Origin: Neobacillus sp. WH10
Lineage (GTDB): Bacteria > Bacillota > Bacilli > Bacillales > Cytobacillaceae
Reading direction: 5' to 3'
Assembly (NCBI RefSeq): GCF_030123405.1
Contig: NZ_CP126110.1
Span: 4,905,125 to 4,937,124 of the forward strand
DNA: 32,000 bases
Below, piece by piece: positions 1 through 8,364 of this stretch (position 1 is its first letter; the number at the start of each line of letters is the position of its first letter). The notes beneath the pieces were generated by a model. It saw only the letters and a list, made by a program, of their open reading frames with translations, was not told the origin of the DNA and did no database searches. Position numbers and translations under genes: made by a program.

Positions 1-1103
1 CAAATTCGCGCTGCTTCACTATGCTCAAGGCTCACATGTCCACCGCGACAGGCATCCTCTCTTGGCGTTCCAATGAAAAAGCCCATATCTGCCAATTCAT
101 GATCAATTAAATTCATTAAATAGCGATTAATTATAAGCGATTTTTCGCGGATATTTTCAATGCCAGCCTCTGTAAAAATCTCTAATGAACCGATTAATGG
201 TGCAATGCTTAGGACATGAGGAGTTCCAATTTGGAACGCTCCAGCTGAATGAGCCGGTATTAATGTATGCTCCATATCAAATTGTTTCTCTTTATTTGAA
301 CTAAACCAGCCCGCAAGTCCAGGCATTTTTCCAAAATGTTTGCGATTTACAAATAAGCCGCCCACACCGCCAGGTCCGCCGTTTAAATGTTTATAATTGC
401 ACCAGAACGCAAAATCAACATCCCATTCACTGAAGGAATGCGGGATGGAACCAACGGAGTGACAGCCGTCAAATCCGATTAAAATACCTCGTTTATGTGC
501 TTCATCGGTTAATCGTTTCATGTCTAATATTTGACCGCTGCGATAAAGAACAGTCGGTAGAATAATTAAGGCAATATCATCGGTCATCGCTTCGATAATA
601 TCTTCCTCTTCTAAAAAGCGGCCATCACGGCTTTTCACACGGATGAGATGTGCATCCGGATCATAACCATGAATCCTTACTTGGCTTTGAAGCGCATAAA
701 TATCAGATGGAAATGTTAGTTCATCCGCTAAAATTTTTGTACGGGTTCCTTCTGGCTGATAAAACGTTGATACAAGCTGATGCAGATTGACGGTGGTAGA
801 ACCCGTTACAACGACTTCTTCAGCAGCAGCCCCTACTAACGGCGCAAGCTTTTCGCCCAGTTTCTCTGCCATATAGAACCATGGATGAGTGCCCATAGTC
901 CAGCCATCAATCCCATATTGTTTCCAATCATCTAAGGTTTCTAAGAGAGTCCTTTCCGCTCTTTTAGAAAGGAGTCCTAATGAGTTCCCATCCATATAAA
1001 TAGAACCAGGCTTTAAATAAAACTCTTCTCGAAAACGCGAAAGAGTATCTTCTTTATCTAATTGTTTTGCGAAATCTAATGTTGGTAAGAAATTCGATAC
1101 CAT
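1..1103 (-). CDS. kynU: kynureninase (PLP-dependent); 3' end runs off the window
   Basis: Absent from the ORF track because it is open to the window edge. Reverse translation from the ATG at 1103-1101 gives [50 protein letters not shown]...[13 protein letters not shown]...[14 protein letters not shown]...[10 protein letters not shown], which matches Bacillus KynU as I remember it. GGGAGG RBS upstream; an alternative ATG lies at 1106. Confidence 0.85.
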   Translation of the reverse strand, partial: MVSNFLPTLDFAKQLDKEDTLSRFREEFYLKPGSIYMDGNSLGLLSKRAERTLLETLDDWKQYGIDGWTMGTHPWFYMAEKLGEKLAPLVGAAAEEVVVTGSTTVNLHQLVSTFYQPEGTRTKILADELTFPSDIYALQSQVRIHGYDPDAHLIRVKSRDGRFLEEEDIIEAMTDDIALIILPTVLYRSGQILDMKRLTDEAHKRGILIGFDGCHSVGSIPHSFSEWDVDFAFWCNYKHLNGGPGGVGGLFVNRKHFGKMPGLAGWFSSNKEKQFDMEHTLIPAHSAGAFQIGTPHVLSIAPLIGSLEIFTEAGIENIREKSLIINRYLMNLIDHELADMGFFIGTPREDACRGGHVSLEHSEAARI

Positions 1104-1275
1104 CATAATCCTCCCTATCCCCAACTGAAATCGTTTGCAAAAAAGCATAACAAACAATATGACATGATGTCAATATTATATTTCCAACAATTCCAATTAT
1201 TAAAATAACTCATTTCAGCAATAGCTTTTATTTTGATAACAATCCATATATGCTAGAGGTATTGGAGGAATAGGT

Positions 1276-1887
1276 ATGAAAAAAACAGAGGATAAACGAC
1301 ATTTACGCTCAATCATAACGCGGCAAAAATTATTAGAAGCTGCAAAGGAGGTTTTTCTTCAAGAAGGCTTCCAAAAAGCAACAATTTCGCAAATGATAAA
1401 AAAAGCGAACATTGGTTACGGAACTGCCTATGTCCATTTTGAAGGAAAGGAAGATCTCTTAATCATATTGATGGAGGATGTCATGGAGCGATTTTATGAA
1501 ATTGCCGAAATCTCCTTTCTGCCAAAATCAAAACAAGTAGCAGAGGAAATCATTCACAAGCAGGCGAATGCCTTTTTATTAATGGCAGAAGCTGAACGGG
1601 CTATGATGCAAGTCTTTGAACAGGCAATCGGTGTTTCTGCTTTAATTTCAGATAAATGGAAAGCGATTCGGGAGAAATTTATTCAGCGGATCTCAATGGA
1701 CATTGCTTATGCGCAACAAAATGGATTGGCGAGAGCAGAATTAAACCATGACCTTGTCGCACGAGGCTGGTTTTTTACAAATGAAATGTACCTATGGGAA
1801 ATTGTCCGAGACGAACATCATGCTTCTGTTGAAGAGATTGCAAAAACCATCACCACAGTCTATGTCACCGGGCTGTATATTATGTGA
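1276..1887 (+). CDS. TetR/AcrR family transcriptional regulator
   Basis: 203 aa. N-terminal HTH pattern (RQKLLEAAKEVFLQEGFQKATISQMIKKANIGYGTAYVHFEGKEDLL). GGAGGAA RBS 5 nt upstream. Divergent from kynU. Confidence 0.85.
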   Translation: MKKTEDKRHLRSIITRQKLLEAAKEVFLQEGFQKATISQMIKKANIGYGTAYVHFEGKEDLLIILMEDVMERFYEIAEISFLPKSKQVAEEIIHKQANAFLLMAEAERAMMQVFEQAIGVSALISDKWKAIREKFIQRISMDIAYAQQNGLARAELNHDLVARGWFFTNEMYLWEIVRDEHHASVEEIAKTITTVYVTGLYIM

Positions 1888-1925
1888 GAAAGCAAGGGGA
1901 AGTAAGAGAGCCATCCCCTTGCTTC
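1888..1925. repeat. REP-like hairpin, GAAGCAAGGGGA family (variant copy)
   Basis: aagcaagggga (1890-1900) pairs with tccccttgctt (1914-1924). The arms match the hairpin family also seen at 16487, 18647 and 24746. Confidence 0.5.
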
Positions 1926-2031
1926 GAAAAAATAAAGGTAAAATGCTAAAAGATAGTTTATACTTGTATAAATGGTGCATTTATCCAAAAATTCGCACTC
2001 TTTATCAATCTATTAGGAGGAACTGATTCTG

Positions 2032-2703
2032 ATGAAAATTCCTTGGCTTCCTGTGCTAATTTTGTTAACGGGCTTATTGTACATTTTCTTTATCCCTGAT
2101 AACCCGTACTCTGTTAAGATTTTCTTCAAGCTGATCCCAATGCTGTTAATTATTCGTTATGCATACTTGCAATTTTCCGCCAAAAAAACAATTACCCATT
2201 GGCTGATCCTCATTGGATTGTTTTTCTGTATGCTTGGCGATGGCCTGATTGGTTGGTTTGTTGTTGGTCTAAGTGCCTTTCTCATTGGCCATCTCTTTTA
2301 TCTGGCAGGTTTCTTGAGTAGATGGCACTTTTCAAAGGTCCGGCTGGTGATGATTTTACCAATTTCTACATATGCTTTTATGATTGGCAGGGAGATTATC
2401 GCTGCCTTACTTCGAGACGGTAACAATGTCCTGATTGTTCCGGTTTTGATCTATATGATCGCCATATCTTTAATGGCCTGGTCCGCTATCATGACGGGGA
2501 ACAAATGGGCTATAATCGGCAGCATTTTGTTTGTTTTGTCGGATTCGATATTATCCTGGAATATGTTTGTTTCCGATATCGCCTTTTCAGATCAGCTTAT
2601 CATGACAACCTATTACACCGCTCAATTTCTGATTGCACTCAGCCTTCGATCGTTTGCAATCGATAACAGCCAGACGATTGTTAAAACAAGTAGTCATTTA
2701 TAA
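2032..2703 (+). CDS. YhhN-family integral membrane protein (lysoplasmalogenase-like)
   Basis: 223 aa, multi-pass hydrophobic. Motifs LGDGLI...HLFY and LFVLSDSILSW are typical of the YhhN/TMEM86 family. AGGAGG upstream. Confidence 0.7.
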   Translation: MKIPWLPVLILLTGLLYIFFIPDNPYSVKIFFKLIPMLLIIRYAYLQFSAKKTITHWLILIGLFFCMLGDGLIGWFVVGLSAFLIGHLFYLAGFLSRWHFSKVRLVMILPISTYAFMIGREIIAALLRDGNNVLIVPVLIYMIAISLMAWSAIMTGNKWAIIGSILFVLSDSILSWNMFVSDIAFSDQLIMTTYYTAQFLIALSLRSFAIDNSQTIVKTSSHL

Positions 2704-2716
2704 AGGAGTGATTAAA

Positions 2717-3196
2717 ATGAAAACCGTGTATGACTTTCAGGTAAAAATGTCAAATGGCGAGAAGAAATCATTACATGAATATGAGGGCAGGCCGTTAATT
2801 ATTGTCAATACTGCCAGTAAATGCGGGTTTACCCCCCAATTTAAAGGACTGCAGAACTTATATGATACATACAAGGATCAAGGGTTGGAAATACTAGGTT
2901 TTCCATGTTCTCAGTTCAACAACCAGGAATTTGAACAAATTGAAAAGACAACGGAGTTTTGCCAGATTAACTACGGAGTAACCTTCCCCATCTTTGCAAA
3001 AATTGACGTAAATGGTCCGTTCTCCGATCCTTTATTCAAATATTTAAAGGAACAAAAGACAGGACTTTTATCCCCTCGAATCAAATGGAATTTCACAAAA
3101 TTTCTTGTGGACCGTAACGGCCAAGTGATAAAACGCTATGCACCAACAGCAGATCCAAGCAGCATGGAAGATGATTTAAAAAAATTATTGTCTTAA
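2717..3196 (+). CDS. glutathione peroxidase family protein
   Basis: MKTVYDF...LIIVNTASKCGFTPQFKGLQNLY...LGFPCSQFNNQE...IKWNFTKFLVDRNG are Gpx signature blocks. Start moved from the track's 2633 to the ATG at 2717, which follows AAAGGAG. Confidence 0.9.
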   Translation: MKTVYDFQVKMSNGEKKSLHEYEGRPLIIVNTASKCGFTPQFKGLQNLYDTYKDQGLEILGFPCSQFNNQEFEQIEKTTEFCQINYGVTFPIFAKIDVNGPFSDPLFKYLKEQKTGLLSPRIKWNFTKFLVDRNGQVIKRYAPTADPSSMEDDLKKLLS

Positions 3197-3213
3197 TCGT
3201 GAATGAACGGACA

Positions 3214-3245
3214 AAAACCACATCCTCAAAAAATGTGGTTTTATC
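3214..3245 (+). terminator. bidirectional intrinsic terminator between the convergent gpx and phhB genes
   Basis: aaaaccacat (3214-3223) pairs with atgtggtttt (3233-3242). A-run on one side and T-run on the other. Confidence 0.7.
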
Positions 3246-3351
3246 CGTTTAAAAAATATAGTTTTTTTCGTAAATTAAGGTCGTAAAACGATTGATTAAG
3301 ATACAAGAATTTAGTTCGTCTGTACATAAAAACATTTTTCCGATATACTAA

Positions 3352-3669
3352 TCACCCTGTGGATGAAATAGTATGTTTTATATGTTCATACGTTTTTTCG
3401 AATTCGACTGCTAAATCAATGTCCAATGCTGTTACTCCTTTTGCAGCCCATGTGCTGAGCGAAACAATAACAGCCTTATATTGGATGCTGATAAATGGAT
3501 GATGTTGGTTTGCTTCAGCAATTTGGCCGATTGCTGAAACAAACTGGATACCTTGCAGGTAATCTTTAAAAATATATTTCCTTTCAATCCATTTATCGTC
3601 TTTTACCTTCCAGTTTTGAAGTTTTGCACACTCCAATTGTATTTCTAAAGGGGTTAATGCTGTTAACAT
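3352..3669 (-). CDS. phhB: pterin-4-alpha-carbinolamine dehydratase
   Basis: 105 aa with the characteristic core FVSAIGQIAEANQHHPFISIQYKAVIVSLSTW. Its ATG overlaps the phhA stop (ATGTTAA, 7-nt overlap), so translational coupling is likely. Confidence 0.85.
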   Translation of the reverse strand: MLTALTPLEIQLECAKLQNWKVKDDKWIERKYIFKDYLQGIQFVSAIGQIAEANQHHPFISIQYKAVIVSLSTWAAKGVTALDIDLAVEFEKTYEHIKHTISSTG

Positions 3670-5423
3670 TCTTGACCTTCCTTTTGAAGCGGAAGTAAAG
3701 CTAATCCATTATTGATTAGGCGTTGAAGCTCTTTTGTTTTGCTGAGGTTGAGCAATTCTTGATGCACTTGTTCTGTTTCCATCGTTTGCACACCATGTCC
3801 ACAGAACAACTCCAGAATTTCCATACGCAACAGCCATTCCTTTGGAAAAGAGCTTCTCAAATCTTGCAGAACTGTTTGGACAGTAACCATACTATTTTCA
3901 TCCAGTGACTCTTTTTCACGAACTTCTCTAATTGTTTGGTACAGATTTTCTAATTCTGTTAACCGTCTTGGTGCTATTGATTCTTTTTTAGGTATTTCTT
4001 CTACACCGAAGAAGGCTTCTGCATCTGCAGCTCCTGGAAAAGCAGAAGTAACGGCTGATCCTACCGCCATGTCGAATACTCCCCAAGTCTCCTCAAATAA
4101 CATTTGATCTCCTAATGTGACTATACAGTTTTCGAAGGAAATAAGATTTATTTTGTTCTTGTTTCGGATAATATTTGTAACAATTCCCGTTACTTGAATG
4201 CCGCTCTTGAATGTCAAAGTCGCTTTTCGTCCTTTTTCTATTCCTAAAGCCAGAAGTTGTTCCTTGTTACATTCTTCAAGAGAAATGTCCTCTTCTAATA
4301 AACCAATTGGCGTTCCAAAACCATCACAATGAATTGCTTTCGAATGTCCAGGAAGCTCCTTATCATTAATAGCCAAGGCTGTTGGTCCTGCTGTTTTCAC
4401 ATAAATGGCCTCGCCATCTGGATCTTTAAGCGTTTTTTCGATCGTTCCTGTAATTTGTATTCCCGAGTTCAATACAAATGTCGACGTACTGCCTGATTGG
4501 AGTGCCTTATCTAAGCTCTCAGTTCCACCTTTTCGAAAGGCCATTGATTGGGAAAACTCTTCGATAGCCTCTATCAATTGATCAAAGCTCTCGCAAACAA
4601 ATAATTGCGGCTGCATGGTCGTTACATCGTAGCTTGTCTGAATACAAGACTCTACCGAAAAAGGAAGTTTTACTACTTCTTTAGACAAGCAATGCTTGCT
4701 TTCTCCTACAGAAGATAACAGACCTGCACCATATATTTGAGGGTTTTCCAACGTACCTATTAGTCCGTACTCCACTGTCCACCAGAAAATTCGCGAGATT
4801 TGTTCTGCTTCTGACATACCTGTTACCGCTTTTTGCTTTTCGCTTAGTAACCGTTTTGCTTCTTCAATTTGTTGTGGAGTGGAATTGCGGGCCTCCATTA
4901 CGATTGAAAGATGTCTTACGGCTTCAAATACTTCATGTTCTGCTCTTGTTGCAAACGCCTTTACGCCAATTTCTCCAAATCGTTTTACATATGAAGCATA
5001 TTGAGAATCAAAAATGATCGGTGCATGTCCTGCGGCTTCGTGGATTATATCCGGTGCCGGTGTATATTCAATGTTTTCAACTTTTCGAATATCCACAGCA
5101 ATTGGCAAAATACCATGAGCTTGAAAATCAAAAAAAGCAACACCCGGAATTAAGCCATCTACAATTGCAGCTCCCCAGCCAATTTTTGCAAGACGTTCAT
5201 TCATATCTGATACATTTGGAATTGCCTCTATGTCAATCCCCGATGCCCGGAGACCTTCCACATACGCCGGATGAGCAGTATCCTTTAGGACATGATGATT
5301 TTGTCTCATAACATATCGCCATACCGCATGATCGATTGGTGTGTACTGTTCGTAATGCTGCTCTGAGACAAATTGTCTCAAATGAACTGGAATCTGTTTT
5401 ATAGGTTTCAATAATTGGTTCAT
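3663..5423 (-). CDS. phhA: phenylalanine 4-monooxygenase (biopterin-dependent aromatic amino acid hydroxylase), long form with a roughly 290-aa C-terminal extension
   Basis: N-terminal ~295 aa carry the iron-ligand motifs PDIIHEAAGHAPI and FWWTVEYGL. Adjacent and coupled to phhB. Confidence 0.8.
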   Translation of the reverse strand: MNQLLKPIKQIPVHLRQFVSEQHYEQYTPIDHAVWRYVMRQNHHVLKDTAHPAYVEGLRASGIDIEAIPNVSDMNERLAKIGWGAAIVDGLIPGVAFFDFQAHGILPIAVDIRKVENIEYTPAPDIIHEAAGHAPIIFDSQYASYVKRFGEIGVKAFATRAEHEVFEAVRHLSIVMEARNSTPQQIEEAKRLLSEKQKAVTGMSEAEQISRIFWWTVEYGLIGTLENPQIYGAGLLSSVGESKHCLSKEVVKLPFSVESCIQTSYDVTTMQPQLFVCESFDQLIEAIEEFSQSMAFRKGGTESLDKALQSGSTSTFVLNSGIQITGTIEKTLKDPDGEAIYVKTAGPTALAINDKELPGHSKAIHCDGFGTPIGLLEEDISLEECNKEQLLALGIEKGRKATLTFKSGIQVTGIVTNIIRNKNKINLISFENCIVTLGDQMLFEETWGVFDMAVGSAVTSAFPGAADAEAFFGVEEIPKKESIAPRRLTELENLYQTIREVREKESLDENSMVTVQTVLQDLRSSFPKEWLLRMEILELFCGHGVQTMETEQVHQELLNLSKTKELQRLINNGLALLPLQKEGQEC

Positions 5424-5512
5424 ACTAGATTCAATCCTTTCTTTTCAATTTTTTTGAATTCTCTTAACATGGTAATCGAATTCTACATTCCATCTTTGCT
5501 TTCCTCCTTTTC

Positions 5513-5604
5513 ATAAAGAAAACTTGTCGACTGGCGAGCCGTTAGGCGAAGACAGAGGCGTAGTTGCACTTATGCCTGATAGGAAAGTTAAACTTTCCTA
5601 CGGC
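5513..5604 (-). repeat. dispersed ~92-nt structured element, copy 1 (in the phhA 5' UTR)
   Basis: About 85% identical to 11527-11620 in the same orientation. Contains hairpins ggcgtag...ttatgcc and taggaaagtt..aactttccta. Confidence 0.7.
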
Positions 5605-5882
5605 TAAAAAAAACCCTACTGGAAAACCAGTAGGGACGAATAGACTTCGTGGTACCACCCTAGTTGCGAGCTTTCGCTCACCACTTCATTCTAATAACGA
5701 CTTTGCTGCCGTCTTTCCCTTCATAAAGAACTCCTGCCTTTACTACGAAAAAGAAACTCCAGGTGTGTAATTCATGCTTACGTTTGTACTGATTCACACC
5801 AACCATCAGCTCTCTGTAGACAAAATGCTAAGCACTACTGTATTCCCTTCCACGCTTGTATCCTATGAAATTTTTAAAAACC
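5605..5882 (-). promoter_or_regulatory. T-box leader, unit A (proximal to phhA)
   Basis: Minus strand shows AGTA/GAA specifier-loop elements, the ACAGAGAGC AG-bulge, the GGTTGGTGCAA distal loop, the T-box AGGGTGGTACCACG, and the terminator ccctactgg-tttt-ccagtaggg followed by a U-run. Confidence 0.8.
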
Positions 5883-6161
5883 AAATAAAAAGGCCCTACT
5901 GGAAAACCAGTAGGGCCGAATAGACTTCGCGGTACCACCCTAGTTGTGAGCATACACTCACCACTTCATTCTAATAACGACTTTGCTGCCGTCTTTCCCT
6001 TCATAAAGAACTGCTGCCTTTACTACGAAAAAGAAACTCCGGGAGTGTAATTCATGCTTACGTTTGTACTAATTCGCACCAACCATCAGCTCTCTGTAGA
6101 CAAAATGCTAAGCACTACTGTATTCCCTTCCATGCTTGTATCCTATGAAATTTTTAAAAAC
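5883..6161 (-). promoter_or_regulatory. T-box leader, unit B
   Basis: Same architecture as unit A, with T-box AGGGTGGTACCGCG and terminator ggccctactgg/ccagtagggcc followed by a U-run. About 94% identical to unit A by eye. Confidence 0.85.
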
Positions 6162-6441
6162 AAATAAAAAGTCCCTACTGGAAAAACCAGTAGGGACGAA
6201 TAGACTTCGCGGTACCACCCTAGTTGCGAGCATACGCTCACCACTTCATTCTGATAACGGCTTTGTTGCCGTCTTCCCCTTCATAAAGGCTGCTGCCTTT
6301 ACTACGAAAAAGAAACTCCGGGAGTGTAATTCATGCTTACGTTTGTACTGATTTGCACCAACCATCAGCTCTCTGTAGACAAAATGCTAAGCACTACTAA
6401 ATTCCGTTCAACGCTCTATAATATATAACATTTTTTTAGTA
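6162..6441 (-). promoter_or_regulatory. T-box leader, unit C (first transcribed)
   Basis: Same architecture. T-box motif at 6208-6221. Terminator gtccctactgg/ccagtagggac; the flanking pair covaries with unit B (GT..AC versus GG..CC). Confidence 0.85.
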
Positions 6442-6447
6442 TAACGA

Positions 6448-6477
6448 ATTATAAATGGAGATTAAATAAATTGTCAA
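6448..6477 (-). promoter_or_regulatory. sigma-A-type promoter for the T-box array and phhAB
   Basis: Minus strand reads TTGACA (6477-6472), an 18-nt spacer, then TATAAT (6453-6448), just upstream of unit C. Confidence 0.65.
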
Positions 6478-6542
6478 GGATTAAATATTAATAGATATAT
6501 AATCCTTCATAGGCTTTTGAATTTTATAATTCCCTTTGACAC

Positions 6543-6839
6543 CTAAATATGTTGTAATTTATCCGGGTTCCGTACAAAGTAAAGGTTGCCGATTGCATTT
6601 TTCTCTACATGTATATGCAATACGGTCTCTATCACGCCATCCTTCCGAACCACCAACCCAGTTTGGCCGTTTAGAGGTGTCAGCTCGATTTGAACGTTTT
6701 CTCCGAGATTGGATACCTGATTGAACAGCCCAAGCAGGAATCTAGCCACACGTTCAGGTGTTTGGATTGGATGAGTTGCAGCAGACGTTTTACCACCGCC
6801 GTCCGAAATCAGGACAACGTCTTCAACAATTAAAGCCAC
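6543..6839 (-). pseudogene. remnant of an ECF41-type (SigJ-like) sigma factor: C-terminal extension only
   Basis: The 98-aa ORF carries the DGGGK and NPDKL motifs of the ECF41 C-terminal domain but has no sigma-2 or sigma-4 regions. The upstream frame is closed by a stop, and the AraC gene ends at 6965. Confidence 0.55.
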
Positions 6840-6964
6840 TACCGAATTAATGGTATTTTGTTCGAGGGTCGCGCTATAAACCGCTGTACCTATTCCTCTC
6901 CTGCCAATTCGCTGCTAATTAACACCTCTTCGGAAATCCCCATTCTCTCTGGCACGGCTCATGT

Positions 6965-8209
6965 CTATGTTTGATCAGAGGAATGATCATTTCTAAACTG
7001 TCTTGGGGTTAAACCTGTGTATTTTTTAAAGATTTTTATAAAATAACTTTGATCGTTAAAATTTAGCCACGTGCTGATGTCTGAAATCGGATAATTTGTT
7101 ATAACTAACAGCTTTTTTGCTTCGTCTACTCGTTGCCGTTGTATATATTCACTTATTGGTATACCAACTTCTTTTTTAAAAAGGGATGATAAGTAATTGG
7201 GACTTAAACGACACATTTCTGCAAGGTGATCAAGTGTGATGTCTCCATAAAGATGGTTATAAATATAATGTTGACAAGCGGTTATCGCTGCAGAATATTT
7301 TCCTACATTTAATTGGTGTACACGATTGGTAAAATCACTAATGGCTTCTTCCGTTAATTTCAATATTGCTTTTAGGTTTCCTAAATCCTCGAGTTGTTGA
7401 ATATAAAAATCACTTAATGTAAAGGCCGTTTCCTCATTTAAGCCACCTTCAATGGCAGCTCTGCAAACAAGGGCAATTCCAGTTATCATTAAATTTTTTT
7501 CACTTCTTAAGCGGTTCCGTTTCGACAATAATCCTAATTCTGCTTCACCGACAATTGAGTAGTCGAAGATATCCTTTAATTTATCTATACGTCCATTTTT
7601 GACATAATCAAGCAAAACCCGTTCATATGAAAGATTGGAATGGAAAATGAAATCCCTTCTCCCTTTTGAAAGCTCAAGATCCAGATTCTCTGATTCAATT
7701 ATGACGAGGTCTAACGCTTTGTTATTTTGTATGACAAACGTTTTATCTAACGTTTTATGATAAATCAAATAATAAACCATTAAACTAATCGTTAGGAGTT
7801 GTTGACGATCAATAATGGGGATAGATTGATAGTATTCAATAAGATTCCTTTTATTGACGTTTCCTTTAAAAGCATCCATGATCTTAGTAATATTTTCATC
7901 AGATATTTCTGACTCAAGGGAAGGTCCTACAATAATGGTGCCTAAAAAGTGATTTGTTTTTTTTAGATTAACAAAGAAAAAGTTCAAATTTGAATTTGAA
8001 AAGAAGATAGGAAAATCATTTGGATCCTCTTCATAGGTATAAACACTTATCTGCTCCTTGAACAGGTGATAATATGGATTTCTCCGTAGGTCACTTCTTG
8101 AAAATTCGTATTCGAACTCACCAAATTGATTGACATAATAAACGGGTATTTGATGAACTTCAGAAATAAGCTGACAAATATATTGTAAATCTTCCTTGGA
8201 TATTTCCAT
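6965..8209 (-). CDS. AraC family transcriptional regulator
   Basis: 414 aa. C-terminal dual HTH (ITLDHLAEMCRLSPNYLSSLFKKEVG...DISTWLNFNDQSYFIKIFKKYTGLTPRQFR). The N-terminal domain is not recognisable. Confidence 0.8.
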   Translation of the reverse strand: MEISKEDLQYICQLISEVHQIPVYYVNQFGEFEYEFSRSDLRRNPYYHLFKEQISVYTYEEDPNDFPIFFSNSNLNFFFVNLKKTNHFLGTIIVGPSLESEISDENITKIMDAFKGNVNKRNLIEYYQSIPIIDRQQLLTISLMVYYLIYHKTLDKTFVIQNNKALDLVIIESENLDLELSKGRRDFIFHSNLSYERVLLDYVKNGRIDKLKDIFDYSIVGEAELGLLSKRNRLRSEKNLMITGIALVCRAAIEGGLNEETAFTLSDFYIQQLEDLGNLKAILKLTEEAISDFTNRVHQLNVGKYSAAITACQHYIYNHLYGDITLDHLAEMCRLSPNYLSSLFKKEVGIPISEYIQRQRVDEAKKLLVITNYPISDISTWLNFNDQSYFIKIFKKYTGLTPRQFRNDHSSDQT

Positions 8210-8364
8210 CTATTTTATATACTCCATTCATTTTTTGAAATCGATTACACTATTTATTATTGACAATAAAAAAATACTATTATCCGTATGATAATACAAT
8301 AAATAATTCTTTATCAGCAATAAAATAGTTGATGTAAGAAATCTAAAACAAAGGGGAAATGAAC

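Noticed and set aside
5564-6351. Track ORFs 5564-5770 (+) and 6136-6351 (+), which encode similar 'proteins' (…PVGTNRLRGTTLVAS.RSPLHS…)
   Set aside because: Their similarity only reflects translation of the tandem T-box repeat on the wrong strand. They have no RBS, and the region is fully explained by RNA structure on the minus strand.
5605-6441. Tandem ~280-bp repeats as a possible CRISPR array or satellite
   Set aside because: The period is far too long, there are no unique spacers between short repeats, and each unit is a complete T-box leader.
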